IMG/VR virus record: IMGVR_UViG_2840949845_000002
Location: 22,434-86,433 of that record
Direction: 5' to 3' (one strand)
Length of the DNA stretch: 64,000 nucleotides
Origin: a virus
Taxonomy: Duplodnaviria > Caudoviricetes
Within the stretch, counting starts at the first letter, position 1. Every line of letters begins with the position of its first letter. Both the position numbers and the translations under genes were made by a program. Below are positions 52,772 through 63,427 of this stretch, piece after piece. Below the pieces are notes generated by a model that was given only the letters and a program-made list of their open reading frames with translations, was not told the origin of the DNA and ran no database searches.

Positions 52772-55700
52772 CGCTTCAGCTCGCCATCAAGGTCCGCGCC
52801 GACAGCAGCGTCCCGTCCGACCTCGCGCCGTCCAGCGCGGCGCTGGATCAATTCGGCGCGCGCGCCAAGGCGTCGGCGGGCGGAAGCAGCCTGTGGGCGG
52901 CGGAGGCGCAACGCTCGGCCAACGCCGCCCAAGCGCTCCGGCAAAGCCATGAGGGCGTCGCCGCCAGCATGGCCACCGGGGCGCGTGCGGCGGTCCTGTT
53001 CGCAGCCAGCTTGGCGGCGGGCAAGCTGCTCGAATACGCCGACACCTGGACGCAGATCGGCAACCGCCTGCGTCTGGCCGCCCAAGACACCAGCCAGATG
53101 AAGGCGGTGCAGGAGCAGCTTTTCCAAGCGGCTCAGAAGGCCGGGGTTGGCATGACCTCGGTGGTCGACGTCTACAGCCGCGCGTCCCAGTCAGCCCGCG
53201 AACTCGGCGCAAGCCAGGAGCAACTGACCCGCTTTTCCGGCGGCGCCGCCCAAGCGGTGGCCTTGGGCGGGGCGAGCGCCGAAGCGGCGGCGGGCGCGCT
53301 TCAGCAGTTGGGGCAGGCGTTGGGGTCGGGAACGGTCCATGCCGAAGAGTTCAATTCGGTGTTGGATGGCGCGCCGCGCATCGCCCAAGCGGTGGCCGCC
53401 GGTCTGACCGCCACGGGCGGGTCTGTGGCCCGTCTGAAGGAAATGATTAACGACGGCAAGGTGTCGAGCAAAGAGTTCTTCGACGCCTTCCTGTCGCAAA
53501 TCCCACGGATTGAGAGCGAGTTTGGGACGGCGGCGCCCACCATGGCGCAGGCGATGACGACGCTTCAAAACGCCATGACCAAGTTGGTTGGCGAGAGCAA
53601 CAACGCGCTGGGCGTCACCGCCACCTTGGCGCAGGTCATCCAGGCGCTGGGAAAGAACCTTGACGGCGCTGCGGGCGTCGCTGGACAGATGGCGCTGGGG
53701 CTGGCCGCCATCGGCGCGGCGCGGGTTGTCCCGACCGGCATCCAGGCGTTGACCACCGCCATCGACGATCAACGGGTGGCGCTCTACGCCAAAGCCGTCG
53801 CGACAGTGGAAGCGGCGAACGCGGAGAAGCTTGCCGCCGCCCAATCGCTGATTACCGCCCAACGGGCGCAGGCGGCCACCGCCGCCACGCTGGCCGGGGC
53901 CGAGGCGGAATTCGCCGCGAAGGCCGCCGCCGCGTCCAGCGCCGCCGCTGGCGTGACGGCGGCGGAGGTGGCGCTGACGCAGGCGCGCGCCAAGACGTCG
54001 TTGACCACCAACGTCTATGTGGCCAACAAGGCGCTCGCGGCGGAACGGGAGGCTCAAGCCGCCGCAACGGCGGCGCGCGAGGCGTCGATTGCCGCTGACG
54101 CGCAAAAGGTCGCCTCGTTGACGCGGTTGCGCGCGGTTCAGGCCGAGGCCGCCGTCGCTGGCGGCGCTGTGGCCGCCGCCAACACTCACCTCACCATCGC
54201 CGCCGAGGGCGCGGCGGCGGCGTCCGGCGCGCTCGCCCAACGGGCGTCCCTGTTGAGCGCGGCATGGGGTGGAGTGAAGAGCGCCGGTACGGCGTTGGTG
54301 GGGATGTTGGGCGGACCTTGGGGGGCTGCTTTTCTCGCCGCGTCTGGGGCCGTCTATTATCTTTCGACCCGCACCACCGCCGCTGACCAAGCCCAAGACG
54401 TCTACAACAGAACCTTGGCTGAGGGGCGGAAGCGTATTGATGACCTTGCAGGCGCAACCCGTAATCAATCAGCCGCCCTTCTTGAAAAGCAACGAGGCGA
54501 TGTGGCAAGCGCTCAGGCTGAGAATGCGAAAGCTCAGGCGGCGGTTGCCGCAGCCGCCGCAATGGAGCGGCGGCCTAGCGCGCGTGGTCTCGGTGGCGCA
54601 GCCGCCTCCGCCGCCATGCTGCAAGCTTCGGAAATTGCGACGATAACGAAAAAGACCGCCGAGGCGGCGGCGGCGGCGCTTGATGGCATGATGTCCGTCA
54701 GCCAAAAGACCGGCGACGCCGTTGGTCTGGAACTGGCCAGCAAGCTGGCGCGCGGCACCGGAGCCTTTTCCGCGTTGGACAAGGCGACCAGCGACGTCAT
54801 GAAGTCGCTCGGCCTGACGATCCAGTCCGGTCGTCTGATGTCCAACGAGCAGGCCGACGTCGAGAAATCGACGCAGGTTCTGAACCGGGCGCTTGCCGCC
54901 GGTCCAGGCTTCTTGCGCAGTTGGGGGGCAAGCGCCGCTCAGATCAACCTTGTGCTCGACACGATGAGGCAGAAGATTGATCCGGTCGCCTCGGCGGTCG
55001 CCGACCTGAACCGGCAGATCGCCCAAATGCAAGTGCCGGACGGCGCGGCGCGGGCGGCGTTGACCACCCTGCAACAGATCAACCAGGAGCGCGCCAAGGC
55101 CGGACAGCAGCCGCTGACCACGGTCAGCCCGGAATATCTGACGCTGTTGGACAAGGCGAAGGAGCTGGAAACCCAGCGCGCGCAAGCGCAGGCGAACGCC
55201 CGTGCGAAGCTCATCCCTCTTGAGGAGAAGATCGCCCGCGCGCAGGCGGCGGGCAATGACGTGCTCGCCGCCAAGCTCACCCGCGAAAAAGCCATCACGG
55301 AGATGGAGGCGAAGGGCGTTGAAACGGCGGTGGCGGCGGGGCTGGCGCAGCAAGATTTCGACGTTTCCGTTACGGCGGCGGGCGCGGCGGCGGGTGAGGC
55401 CGGAAAGGGCTTTTTGCGGGCCGCCGATGGGCAGATGCGCTTGGCGCAGGCCGCTGGTCTGGGCGAAGCAGCGGCGCGTCAAGCCGCCTACGCGAACAAG
55501 CTCGCCGAAGAAGCAGCCAAGGGCAACGGCAACGTCGCCGCCCAAACCGCCGCGAACCAACGTGAAGAAGCCGCCGCCATTCTGACAATCCGCAACGAGA
55601 CGGTGCGCGGGTTGGTGTTGGAAACTGCCAACACCAACGCCCTGACCACCGCCATGGCGGCGGGCGGCGAAGCGGTGCGGGTGGCGCAGGAGAACGAATA

Positions 55701-58700
55701 CAAGCTCGGCCTGATCCGCAAGCTTGGCACCGACGCGACGGTGGCCGGAACGGCGGCGCAAAAGGCGCTGAACGACGCGCTGGACGCCTATCGCGCCAAC
55801 CGCGCGGCCAACGACAACAACAAGCTTGAGCAAGAGCGCCGCGCGGCCAACGACAATCTGGCGCTCGCTCAGCGCGAGTTGGCGTTGATGGGCGAGGCCG
55901 AGGGCGTGCGGTCACGCGCGCTCGAAACCATGCGCAACCAGCAAGAGGCCGCGCGCAAGGTCGCCGAATTGGGCGAAGAGGGCGCGCGGCAGTGGTTGGC
56001 GTGGCAAGAGCAGATCGCCGACACCCGCGCCTTGATCGATTTCCAGAAGGAGGTGAAGCAGACATCCAAGAGCATCGCCGACGATCTGGCCGCCAAGATG
56101 TTCGACAAGGGCGGGTCGATCCTGGATTGGTGGCGGAACCTTCTGAAGCGGATGGCGATTGAGATCGCCAGCACGCAGTTCATCATGCCCATCGTCCAAC
56201 AGGTGGTCGGCGCGGTCCCGCAGCTTTTCGGCATCCAGGCGCCGGCCAGCGTCGGCGGCGGGCAGACGGCGACGGGCGGCGGTCTGACGAACACGCTGAC
56301 CAACACGGCGCTGTCGAAGGCGGGCGGCTGGGCGCTGGACAAGCTGGCGCCCGGCGGCCTGATGAACGGGCTGGACGCCTGGGGCTATTCGACGTTGGGC
56401 GTCGGTTCGGCAAGCTACGGCGCGCCGATGGTTGCCAGCAACGGCCTGTTGACCGGCGGCGGGGCGACCAGCCTCGCGACGCCGACGGGCATCACGGGCG
56501 GGTTGTCGGGCTATTTCGGCGCGGCGAGCGCGGGCGCGTTCGGCGGGGCGTTGGGGGGGCTGATCGGGACGGCGACCAACAGCAAAGCCATCGGCGGGTT
56601 GTCCGGCGCGGCGCTGGGGGCTGGCTCCGCCTATCTCGCGTCGGCTTTGGGTTTCGGCGCGCTGGGCGGTCCGGTCGGCCTTGCCGTCGGGGCCATCGTC
56701 GGCGGCATCATGGGGCTGCTTGGCACCGCCAAGAAGAGCGTAGGCCCCAACTCCGCCGCGAACGTCAAGTTTACGGCGGGCGTCGCCGGGTTGGGCGACG
56801 CGGCGGCTGACAACGGCGGCGACGTGACCAAGAGCAGCAGCGCCGCGACCGCCGCCGCCGCCCTGGTCAACGGCATCGTCACCGCCGCCGGGACGTCGCT
56901 GCCCAAGTCGGTCAGCGGCGCCGTTGGCGGCATTGAGTTTTTTGAGCAGGGCAACAAGTGGATCTCGCTGGTCAGCAACGTCCGCAAGGAGTTTGGCTCT
57001 GCCGAAGAGGCCGTCACCGATTTCGGCAAGCGGTTGATCGGCGTTTTCCAAGCCGACGGCACCTTGACCGGCGTCAACGCCGACGTCGTCACCGCGTTGA
57101 GAAACAGCAAGGCGACCAGCCCTGATAAATTGTTGGAAGACGTCAACTTCGCCAGCGCCTTCCGCTCGACTTTCGATCAGATGCGCGGGGCGCTCAACCC
57201 GCTGGACAACGACATCAAGAGTTGGACCGACAGCAGCAAGGCGCTGGGCGAGCAGATCAAGACCAACATCCTGGATTGGCGCGACAAGGCGGCGGGGTTG
57301 GGGCTGGCGACCGACAGCGAGCTGAAGCCCGCGTTGACGTCGGCGCTGAACGCGATGATGGGGCTTGGCCCGGCGGTGGAGCCTTTGCGTGGCCTGGCCG
57401 CCGTCACCAAACAGGCCGAGATCAATTTCGAGGCGTTCCGACCGGCGCTGCTGTCGCTGGGGCTGTCCGCCGATGAAGTCGCGGCCAAGCTCACGGCCTA
57501 TGTCGGCGCGCAGAAGGCCGCCGCCGACGCCCAGATCGCCGAGGTGGAGCGCGTCGGCGGGCTGAGCCTGCGCGGCGCGCTGGACCCGTCGGCCCGGCTG
57601 TCGGTGACTGACGCGCTGAAAAACCTGTCGTTGGACCCGGCCAGCTTGACGCCGTTGCGGGTGGCGTTGGAGGCGTTGGACGCATCGGCCCGGCAGGGCG
57701 CGGCGGCGACTGGGCAAGTGACGACGGCGCAGGCGGCGCTGGGCGCGGCGCTTCGCGCGGGCCTGGTGCTGGGCGACCAGTATCAACAGGTCGTTACGGC
57801 CATCGCGTCCAGTTGGACCAGCTCCGCCGAGACGGCCAAGGCGCTGCTGTCCGGGCGGTCGGCCATTGAGACGGCCATCAACCCGTCCTGGCAGGCCAAC
57901 CCCGACGACGCCCTGCGTCTGGCCGGGCTGGACCCGGCGCGGGTGGGTGGATTTGCGGCGAGCTGGGGGGCGCTGTCGGCGGCGCTGACCGCTGGGGCGG
58001 CCTCTGTGGACAGCTTGCGGGCGTCGCACAGCGATTTGGTCGCGGCCTACCGGGCCGGGACGATCACTCTGGCCGAGTATCAGGCGGGCGTCGGTCTGCT
58101 GACCAACGGTTGGGACCGCCAGCGGCAATTGCTGGCCGAACAGGACGCGGCGGCCAAGACTGCGGCTGACGAGCGAGCCGCTGCGGCCAAGGCCGCCAAC
58201 GACGCGCAAGCCACCGCCAACGACGCCCAGATCAGCGCGCAGCGGTCGATTTCTGACGGCTGGTCCCGCATCCGCGAGCAGGCGCTCGCCGCTGTCACAT
58301 CGCTGCGGCTTGACGCCAACTTGTCCACGCTTGGCGCTAAAGCCCGCCTTGATCTGGCCGAAAGCGAAATGTCGTCGGCTTACAGCCGCATCTTTACGGC
58401 ATCCAACGACAACGACCGCGACAAAGCGGCCAGCGATTTCAATTCGCTCTGGCGGCCTTACTTGGAGCAATCCCGCGCCTATTACGCCGACCAGCCCGAA
58501 TATCAGGCGCGACAGGACCGCGTGCTGGCGATGCAGGCGACGCTGGCCGGTCGCGCGGGCGAGCAGGTGGATGCGGCCAGCCGCGCGCTGTCGGTGGCTG
58601 AAGCTCAACGCGACTATCTGGCGAGCATCGACGCGCGGCTGGCCAACGGCTCGACCGGCGGCGGGGCGGGGGCGACGACCACCAGCGCCGCCGGGAGCTT

Positions 58701-59115
58701 CGCGACCAGCGCGCCCGGCAATTGGAAACTGGTCCAGCACGCGGACGGCAATTGGAGCGCCGAGCGCTATGCGACCGGCGCGGCGGCGCTGGGCCAGGGC
58801 GTCTACCAGCGCCCGACCAAATTCCGTGAACTCGGCGAGGCGGGGCCGGAGGCCATCATGCCGCTGGCCAACATCGGCGGGCGGCTGGGCATCCACGCGG
58901 TGGTTTCGTCCGGCGGCAGCGCCGCGCCGGTTGATATGACGCCGGTGGTGATGGCCGTCGGAGGCACGTCGGGCGCGGTGCTGGAAATCGGCGGGCTGAT
59001 CGCCGCGCGGCTCGACACGATGATCGGCCAAAACGCCGCGATCCTGCGGGAGTTGACCGAAAGCCGCCGGATCAATCGCGACCTCGTCACGGTCCTGGAA
59101 CGGAGGGCGGCGTGA
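52768..59115 (+). CDS. Tape measure protein
   Basis: 2115 aa, Ala-rich; tape-measure domain QLGQALGSG...EEFNSVLD; C-terminal GEAGPEAIMPL. Confidence 0.92.
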   Translation: MTLQLAIKVRADSSVPSDLAPSSAALDQFGARAKASAGGSSLWAAEAQRSANAAQALRQSHEGVAASMATGARAAVLFAASLAAGKLLEYADTWTQIGNRLRLAAQDTSQMKAVQEQLFQAAQKAGVGMTSVVDVYSRASQSARELGASQEQLTRFSGGAAQAVALGGASAEAAAGALQQLGQALGSGTVHAEEFNSVLDGAPRIAQAVAAGLTATGGSVARLKEMINDGKVSSKEFFDAFLSQIPRIESEFGTAAPTMAQAMTTLQNAMTKLVGESNNALGVTATLAQVIQALGKNLDGAAGVAGQMALGLAAIGAARVVPTGIQALTTAIDDQRVALYAKAVATVEAANAEKLAAAQSLITAQRAQAATAATLAGAEAEFAAKAAAASSAAAGVTAAEVALTQARAKTSLTTNVYVANKALAAEREAQAAATAAREASIAADAQKVASLTRLRAVQAEAAVAGGAVAAANTHLTIAAEGAAAASGALAQRASLLSAAWGGVKSAGTALVGMLGGPWGAAFLAASGAVYYLSTRTTAADQAQDVYNRTLAEGRKRIDDLAGATRNQSAALLEKQRGDVASAQAENAKAQAAVAAAAAMERRPSARGLGGAAASAAMLQASEIATITKKTAEAAAAALDGMMSVSQKTGDAVGLELASKLARGTGAFSALDKATSDVMKSLGLTIQSGRLMSNEQADVEKSTQVLNRALAAGPGFLRSWGASAAQINLVLDTMRQKIDPVASAVADLNRQIAQMQVPDGAARAALTTLQQINQERAKAGQQPLTTVSPEYLTLLDKAKELETQRAQAQANARAKLIPLEEKIARAQAAGNDVLAAKLTREKAITEMEAKGVETAVAAGLAQQDFDVSVTAAGAAAGEAGKGFLRAADGQMRLAQAAGLGEAAARQAAYANKLAEEAAKGNGNVAAQTAANQREEAAAILTIRNETVRGLVLETANTNALTTAMAAGGEAVRVAQENEYKLGLIRKLGTDATVAGTAAQKALNDALDAYRANRAANDNNKLEQERRAANDNLALAQRELALMGEAEGVRSRALETMRNQQEAARKVAELGEEGARQWLAWQEQIADTRALIDFQKEVKQTSKSIADDLAAKMFDKGGSILDWWRNLLKRMAIEIASTQFIMPIVQQVVGAVPQLFGIQAPASVGGGQTATGGGLTNTLTNTALSKAGGWALDKLAPGGLMNGLDAWGYSTLGVGSASYGAPMVASNGLLTGGGATSLATPTGITGGLSGYFGAASAGAFGGALGGLIGTATNSKAIGGLSGAALGAGSAYLASALGFGALGGPVGLAVGAIVGGIMGLLGTAKKSVGPNSAANVKFTAGVAGLGDAAADNGGDVTKSSSAATAAAALVNGIVTAAGTSLPKSVSGAVGGIEFFEQGNKWISLVSNVRKEFGSAEEAVTDFGKRLIGVFQADGTLTGVNADVVTALRNSKATSPDKLLEDVNFASAFRSTFDQMRGALNPLDNDIKSWTDSSKALGEQIKTNILDWRDKAAGLGLATDSELKPALTSALNAMMGLGPAVEPLRGLAAVTKQAEINFEAFRPALLSLGLSADEVAAKLTAYVGAQKAAADAQIAEVERVGGLSLRGALDPSARLSVTDALKNLSLDPASLTPLRVALEALDASARQGAAATGQVTTAQAALGAALRAGLVLGDQYQQVVTAIASSWTSSAETAKALLSGRSAIETAINPSWQANPDDALRLAGLDPARVGGFAASWGALSAALTAGAASVDSLRASHSDLVAAYRAGTITLAEYQAGVGLLTNGWDRQRQLLAEQDAAAKTAADERAAAAKAANDAQATANDAQISAQRSISDGWSRIREQALAAVTSLRLDANLSTLGAKARLDLAESEMSSAYSRIFTASNDNDRDKAASDFNSLWRPYLEQSRAYYADQPEYQARQDRVLAMQATLAGRAGEQVDAASRALSVAEAQRDYLASIDARLANGSTGGGAGATTTSAAGSFATSAPGNWKLVQHADGNWSAERYATGAAALGQGVYQRPTKFRELGEAGPEAIMPLANIGGRLGIHAVVSSGGSAAPVDMTPVVMAVGGTSGAVLEIGGLIAARLDTMIGQNAAILRELTESRRINRDLVTVLERRAA

Positions 59116-60677
59116 CCGATGAAATCGCCTGGATCGCGGAGCTGGATTACCGGCGACCGTCCGGGGTGGCCGAGACGCTGTATTTGTCCCACGGCGCGGT
59201 GCGTCCTATGCCGTCGTCATGTCCAGACCGACCCAATCAAAAGTACGCCAACCGGATGGTTGAGGTGCCGTCCTATCAGACCCGCGCGCTGGGCGATCCG
59301 TCGCGCTTGGGCGGGTCGATTGGCGTCGGCAACCTGACCGTCTCCAACGGCGACGGATCGCTGTCCTATTTGCGCGACTGTCGGCCTGTGGCGGTGCGAC
59401 TGTGGCGTGGGCGGTCGGGCCGACCTTTGGCCGATTGGACGCCGGTCGCGACCTGCGGCGCGCGCGACCTGCGCTGGGACATTGGCGGCGAGCAAGCCGG
59501 GCGGCTGACCGCGCCGATGCTCGATGCGCGCGCCGATTTGGAGGACATGATCCAGGAGGCGACCTATGGCGGATCGAACAGCGGCGCGACGGGCTATGAA
59601 GGCGAGCCGGGCGGCATCAAAGGGCAAACCAAACCGCTGGCGCTGGGCGATCTGACCGACGCGCAAGTTCAGGGCGTGTGGGTCAATCAGGTGGCGCGGG
59701 TCGCGCAACTGCACGATGGGGTGGGCGCGGGCACCCTTGCCGCCGTCACGACGATTTGGGATCGGGGCGGCGCGGCTGGGTTGACGCTGTCGGCGGACAG
59801 CACGGGCACGGTTTTTGACGCCGCAACCCCCTCGTCAACGCAATACGCCACGGATTTGACGCGCGGCTATGTGCGCATCGGCGGGACGCTGGGGGCGCTG
59901 CCGACGTTCGGTCTGCGCGGCGCGGCAGCGGCGGGCGACACCGCGCCGTCAATCTTGCGCTGGCTGCTGACCCGGCGCGGCCATGGCGCGCGGATCGGGG
60001 CCAGCCTCGCGGCTTGGAATACGACGGCCAAGGTCGGGGTGTGGTTGGGTCAGCCCAACACCTACCGCGAGGCGTGGGACGTGGTGGCCGCGTCGGCGGC
60101 GGTCTGGGTGTTGCCCGATGCCGCTGGTCTGTGGCAGGTCGGCGCGCTCGCCGCTCCGGTTGGCGCGCCCGTTTTGGCGCTGTCTGAACGGAAGATCAAA
60201 GAGATTTCGGTGGCCGACGCCACCATCGCCCGGCCCGTTTGGAAAGTCACCGTTCGGTGGGGTCGCATCTACAAGACGTATGCGCGTAGCGATCTGGCGG
60301 GCGCGCTGGTTGGCACGGCAACGGAAGCGCGCTTGGCCGAAGAGTGGCGCTCCGCCGTGGCTTTGGCCTCGGCGGTCAAGGCGATCTGGGGCGACCAAGC
60401 GCGTGAGATCACCATCGACACCGCGCTTCGGGCTGAGGCCGACGCGGCGGCGTTGGCCGCCCAACTGCTGACGCTGTTTGGGCCGCGCCCCGATGGCTCG
60501 CCCCGCCAATTGCTGCGGGTCGCCGTCGAAATGACCGACGCGGTGCTGGCGCTGGCCCACGGCCAAGAGGTCGCGCTGTCCTATCCGCTGGAAGGTCTGA
60601 CCGGCTCTTGGGTGGTCTGGGGCAAGCGCCCCGCCGCGCCAGCGGAACACCTGATCGAATTGGAGCTGTTCGGATGA
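59112..60677 (+). CDS. Tail tip/hub protein
   Basis: 521 aa after the TMP; Y.G...EG...KGQTKPLALG motif. Confidence 0.6.
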   Translation: MTDEIAWIAELDYRRPSGVAETLYLSHGAVRPMPSSCPDRPNQKYANRMVEVPSYQTRALGDPSRLGGSIGVGNLTVSNGDGSLSYLRDCRPVAVRLWRGRSGRPLADWTPVATCGARDLRWDIGGEQAGRLTAPMLDARADLEDMIQEATYGGSNSGATGYEGEPGGIKGQTKPLALGDLTDAQVQGVWVNQVARVAQLHDGVGAGTLAAVTTIWDRGGAAGLTLSADSTGTVFDAATPSSTQYATDLTRGYVRIGGTLGALPTFGLRGAAAAGDTAPSILRWLLTRRGHGARIGASLAAWNTTAKVGVWLGQPNTYREAWDVVAASAAVWVLPDAAGLWQVGALAAPVGAPVLALSERKIKEISVADATIARPVWKVTVRWGRIYKTYARSDLAGALVGTATEARLAEEWRSAVALASAVKAIWGDQAREITIDTALRAEADAAALAAQLLTLFGPRPDGSPRQLLRVAVEMTDAVLALAHGQEVALSYPLEGLTGSWVVWGKRPAAPAEHLIELELFG

Positions 60678-61531
60678 GCGTGGATCGTAGCGCGCTCTGT
60701 CGCATCCTGGACCGCAATCTGGCGCTGGAAGGCTATCTGCGCGGCGATGGCTGGATCCACCTGGACGACGTCCTGCTGCCGACGGTCATCGAGGACGTGG
60801 CGCGCTGGACCGCCAGCGGCGTCGCCACGCTGGACATCGTGACGCCCGCGCGCGACCCGGTGACGGCGCTGATGGTGTCCGGCACCACTCTACGCCGCGA
60901 CGCCGAGGTGCGGATCACCTACGCCGCAAACGACGCCTGCACGGTTCTGGCGCCCGGCGCGCCAACGCCGGAATGGCGGCGGATTTTGGGCCGGAGCTGG
61001 CGGACGAGCGGCCTGCGTTGGACGGCCCGCAACCTGTGGTCTGGCCGACCGACGGCGCGCGATCTGGCGGGCTACGCGATCCCGGTGCTCGACCTGCCGA
61101 CGCGCTGCCGCCCGCTGGTGACGCGGGTCGAGATCGACAACAAAGGCGCGCCGTTCGACCTTGGCCACCTGTTTCTCGCCGAGGCCACGGTCCCGGAATG
61201 GGGCTTCGATTGGGGCCGCGAAATCGTGCCGGAAATCCAGTCCAAGCTGGATCGAACGCCGGGCGGTGGCCGGATCGTCGCCTACCGTCGGCCCATGCGC
61301 GTTCAGACGCTCGCCTTTGAAGATCTGACCGAAGACGAAGCGGCCCAGTTTCAGGATTTGTCGGCGCGGCTTGATCTGGTCGGGCCGGTCGCGGTGATCC
61401 CGGAGCCGACAAAGACGCGGCACCTGTGGCGCGAGGCGTTCGTGGGGTTTCTGCGCGAGGCGGTCGCCCGGCGGCAGGTGCAACCGAGCATGTGGCGGGC
61501 GTCGCTCAAAATTGAGGAGATGGTGGGATGA
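60674..61531 (+). CDS. Tail tip protein
   Basis: 285 aa, ATGA-coupled within the tail operon. Confidence 0.55.
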   Translation: MSVDRSALCRILDRNLALEGYLRGDGWIHLDDVLLPTVIEDVARWTASGVATLDIVTPARDPVTALMVSGTTLRRDAEVRITYAANDACTVLAPGAPTPEWRRILGRSWRTSGLRWTARNLWSGRPTARDLAGYAIPVLDLPTRCRPLVTRVEIDNKGAPFDLGHLFLAEATVPEWGFDWGREIVPEIQSKLDRTPGGGRIVAYRRPMRVQTLAFEDLTEDEAAQFQDLSARLDLVGPVAVIPEPTKTRHLWREAFVGFLREAVARRQVQPSMWRASLKIEEMVG

Positions 61532-61980
61532 CGATCACATGGACCGACGCGGTGGCCAAACTGGCCGCGCGCTACTGGAACAGCGAGCCGGTCAGCGCCG
61601 CAAATCCGGGCGGCTTTGATGAGGCCGTGGACGGGTCGCAGGCCGGTCACGAGGTCAATTTTCCGGCGGCGCTGGAGGCCGTGGGCGTCGCCGCCCAACA
61701 CGTCGGCGACACCGCGCAGGCGGTCGATGCGGCAGCCGCCACCGCCATCGCTCAGATGGCCATCATCCAGGCCAGCGTCGCGGGCGCGCTTGCCGCGAAC
61801 GTGCCTGTCTCGGAGACGGGCGCGCGACTGGTCGCGGCGGTCGATGCGGTAGGCGCGCGGGCGGAGATCGGCGCGGCCTCCGTCGCTGACGTCCAGGCTG
61901 CGCTGCCCGCCGGTCTCACCTACCGCATCGACCAACTCAACCGGCTGGCCGCGCTTGGCGCGGTCGGCGTCAAACTGTAA
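61528..61980 (+). CDS. Tail-associated hypothetical protein
   Basis: ATGA overlap; ANPGGF...GHEVNFPAAL. Confidence 0.55.
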   Translation: MTITWTDAVAKLAARYWNSEPVSAANPGGFDEAVDGSQAGHEVNFPAALEAVGVAAQHVGDTAQAVDAAAATAIAQMAIIQASVAGALAANVPVSETGARLVAAVDAVGARAEIGAASVADVQAALPAGLTYRIDQLNRLAALGAVGVKL

Positions 61981-61992
61981 GTGTGAGGCTGC

Positions 61993-62739
61993 ATGTCAAA
62001 TCTGCTGAATACCCCCGCTGCATTTCCACTGTTCACCGAGAACTTGATCGCCGCAAACGGCACCAATGCAAAGATCTTTGTTGACTGCCTGCCGCCATCC
62101 ATAGTCGCCGCCATCACTGGCGAGACCGCTCTGCCCGGCGAAGGCGCGGTGCGGCAGTGCATCCTGCGTGGCGGCGGTCGGGTGATTGATGGCAGCGTCT
62201 CCAGCACGGATGGCTCGGCAAAGTCGTTGTTGATCTACAATGGAGAGCGGCTGACTGACCAGAGCAACGCGGGCGTCATGTCGCTCACGACCAGCGGCGT
62301 CGCCCGCACAGCCGGGTCGTTTATCTCGGACGGCTGGACGGTGGGCAACGCTCTCATGCTGTTCGGGCCGCCCCTGGCCCGCAATATCGGTTCGGCGACC
62401 CAAGCCAACACGGGGTTGCTCGCCATCGTCACGGCGGTCTCAGCCCTGGCGCTGAGCGTCAGCGGCACGCCGTTCACGGTCGATGCCGCGCTCCCGCCCG
62501 GCGCCCGGCTGTTTCGAGTGTCCCAGCACACGCGCCGTGCGATACCTGCCTCGGCTGGCAATGCCGATGGTACGCCTCCGGTGCCGCTCATTGGTGGTAC
62601 GCAGGATCCATCGGCCCCCTCGCAGCCCGACGCCGGGTGGGAGATGGGCCAGAGCAATGCGGTGATCGTGGCGCTGGTGGCCGCCGTGTCGGCGCTGCCA
62701 GCCAGGATCGACCTGCGCGCATCCGTGGCGATCCGCTGA
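61993..62739 (+). CDS. Tail-associated hypothetical protein
   Basis: 248 aa, GAGG RBS. Confidence 0.55.
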   Translation: MSNLLNTPAAFPLFTENLIAANGTNAKIFVDCLPPSIVAAITGETALPGEGAVRQCILRGGGRVIDGSVSSTDGSAKSLLIYNGERLTDQSNAGVMSLTTSGVARTAGSFISDGWTVGNALMLFGPPLARNIGSATQANTGLLAIVTAVSALALSVSGTPFTVDAALPPGARLFRVSQHTRRAIPASAGNADGTPPVPLIGGTQDPSAPSQPDAGWEMGQSNAVIVALVAAVSALPARIDLRASVAIR

Positions 62740-63416
62740 TGACCCGCGATTTTCTAACGGGGCTACCGCGCGCGCCGCAGCTTATCGGCCAGCCAGCGGC
62801 GAGCATGCAAAACGGTGGCTGGAAGCCCGTCGCGGTCGAGCGCATCTACTTGTCCTCCTCCGAAATATACGCGCCGCTCTACCCGTGCGAGGTGGAAATC
62901 ATCGTCATTTCTCCCGGCGGTCGGGGTTTTCTAAGCGGCGGCGGGGGCGGCGGCTGCGCCTACAAGCGCCGCCGCGTGCTACCGAACGAAAAGCTCATAC
63001 TCACAATCGACCCGGGCACAACCGCCACGAACTATTACGATACGCGCGGCAGCATCTCGATTGACGGCGTGACCGTGACCGGCGGTCAAAATGGTTCGTC
63101 GTCGCAGGCCGCTGGCGACCCATTCGGCGGGATCGGTGGCGTCGCGACCGGCGGACAAATCAACAACAACGGTGGTCAAGGCGGTCGGTGGTCCGGCGGA
63201 GGCGAGCGCGGTGGGTCCGCCGCCAGCTTGACGGGGCCTGGCCTGATGGCCTCCACCGCCAGCACCGGCCCCTATAGTGGTGGCGGTGGATCCGCAGGCG
63301 GCGGGCCAAGCTCGGGCGGCGGCGGGCAGAACTACGGTGGCGGTGGCGGCGGTGGCGGTGAGGGTGGCGGCCAAGGCGGAGCGCATCTGTGCCTCCTCCG
63401 GTTTATCCCAGTTTGA
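62739..63416 (+). CDS. Glycine-rich tail fibre/receptor-binding-like protein
   Basis: SGGGGGGC...GGGGSAGG...YGGGGGG repeats. Confidence 0.6.
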   Translation: MTRDFLTGLPRAPQLIGQPAASMQNGGWKPVAVERIYLSSSEIYAPLYPCEVEIIVISPGGRGFLSGGGGGGCAYKRRRVLPNEKLILTIDPGTTATNYYDTRGSISIDGVTVTGGQNGSSSQAAGDPFGGIGGVATGGQINNNGGQGGRWSGGGERGGSAASLTGPGLMASTASTGPYSGGGGSAGGGPSSGGGGQNYGGGGGGGGEGGGQGGAHLCLLRFIPV

Positions 63417-63427
63417 AGTGAGGCACG

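Noticed and set aside
55912-59031. 1039 aa - strand ORF and similar long antisense ORFs (e.g. 50189-51901, 44089-45696)
   Set aside because: Shadow frames of TMP, tube and muF genes; Arg/Gly/Ala-rich with no motifs
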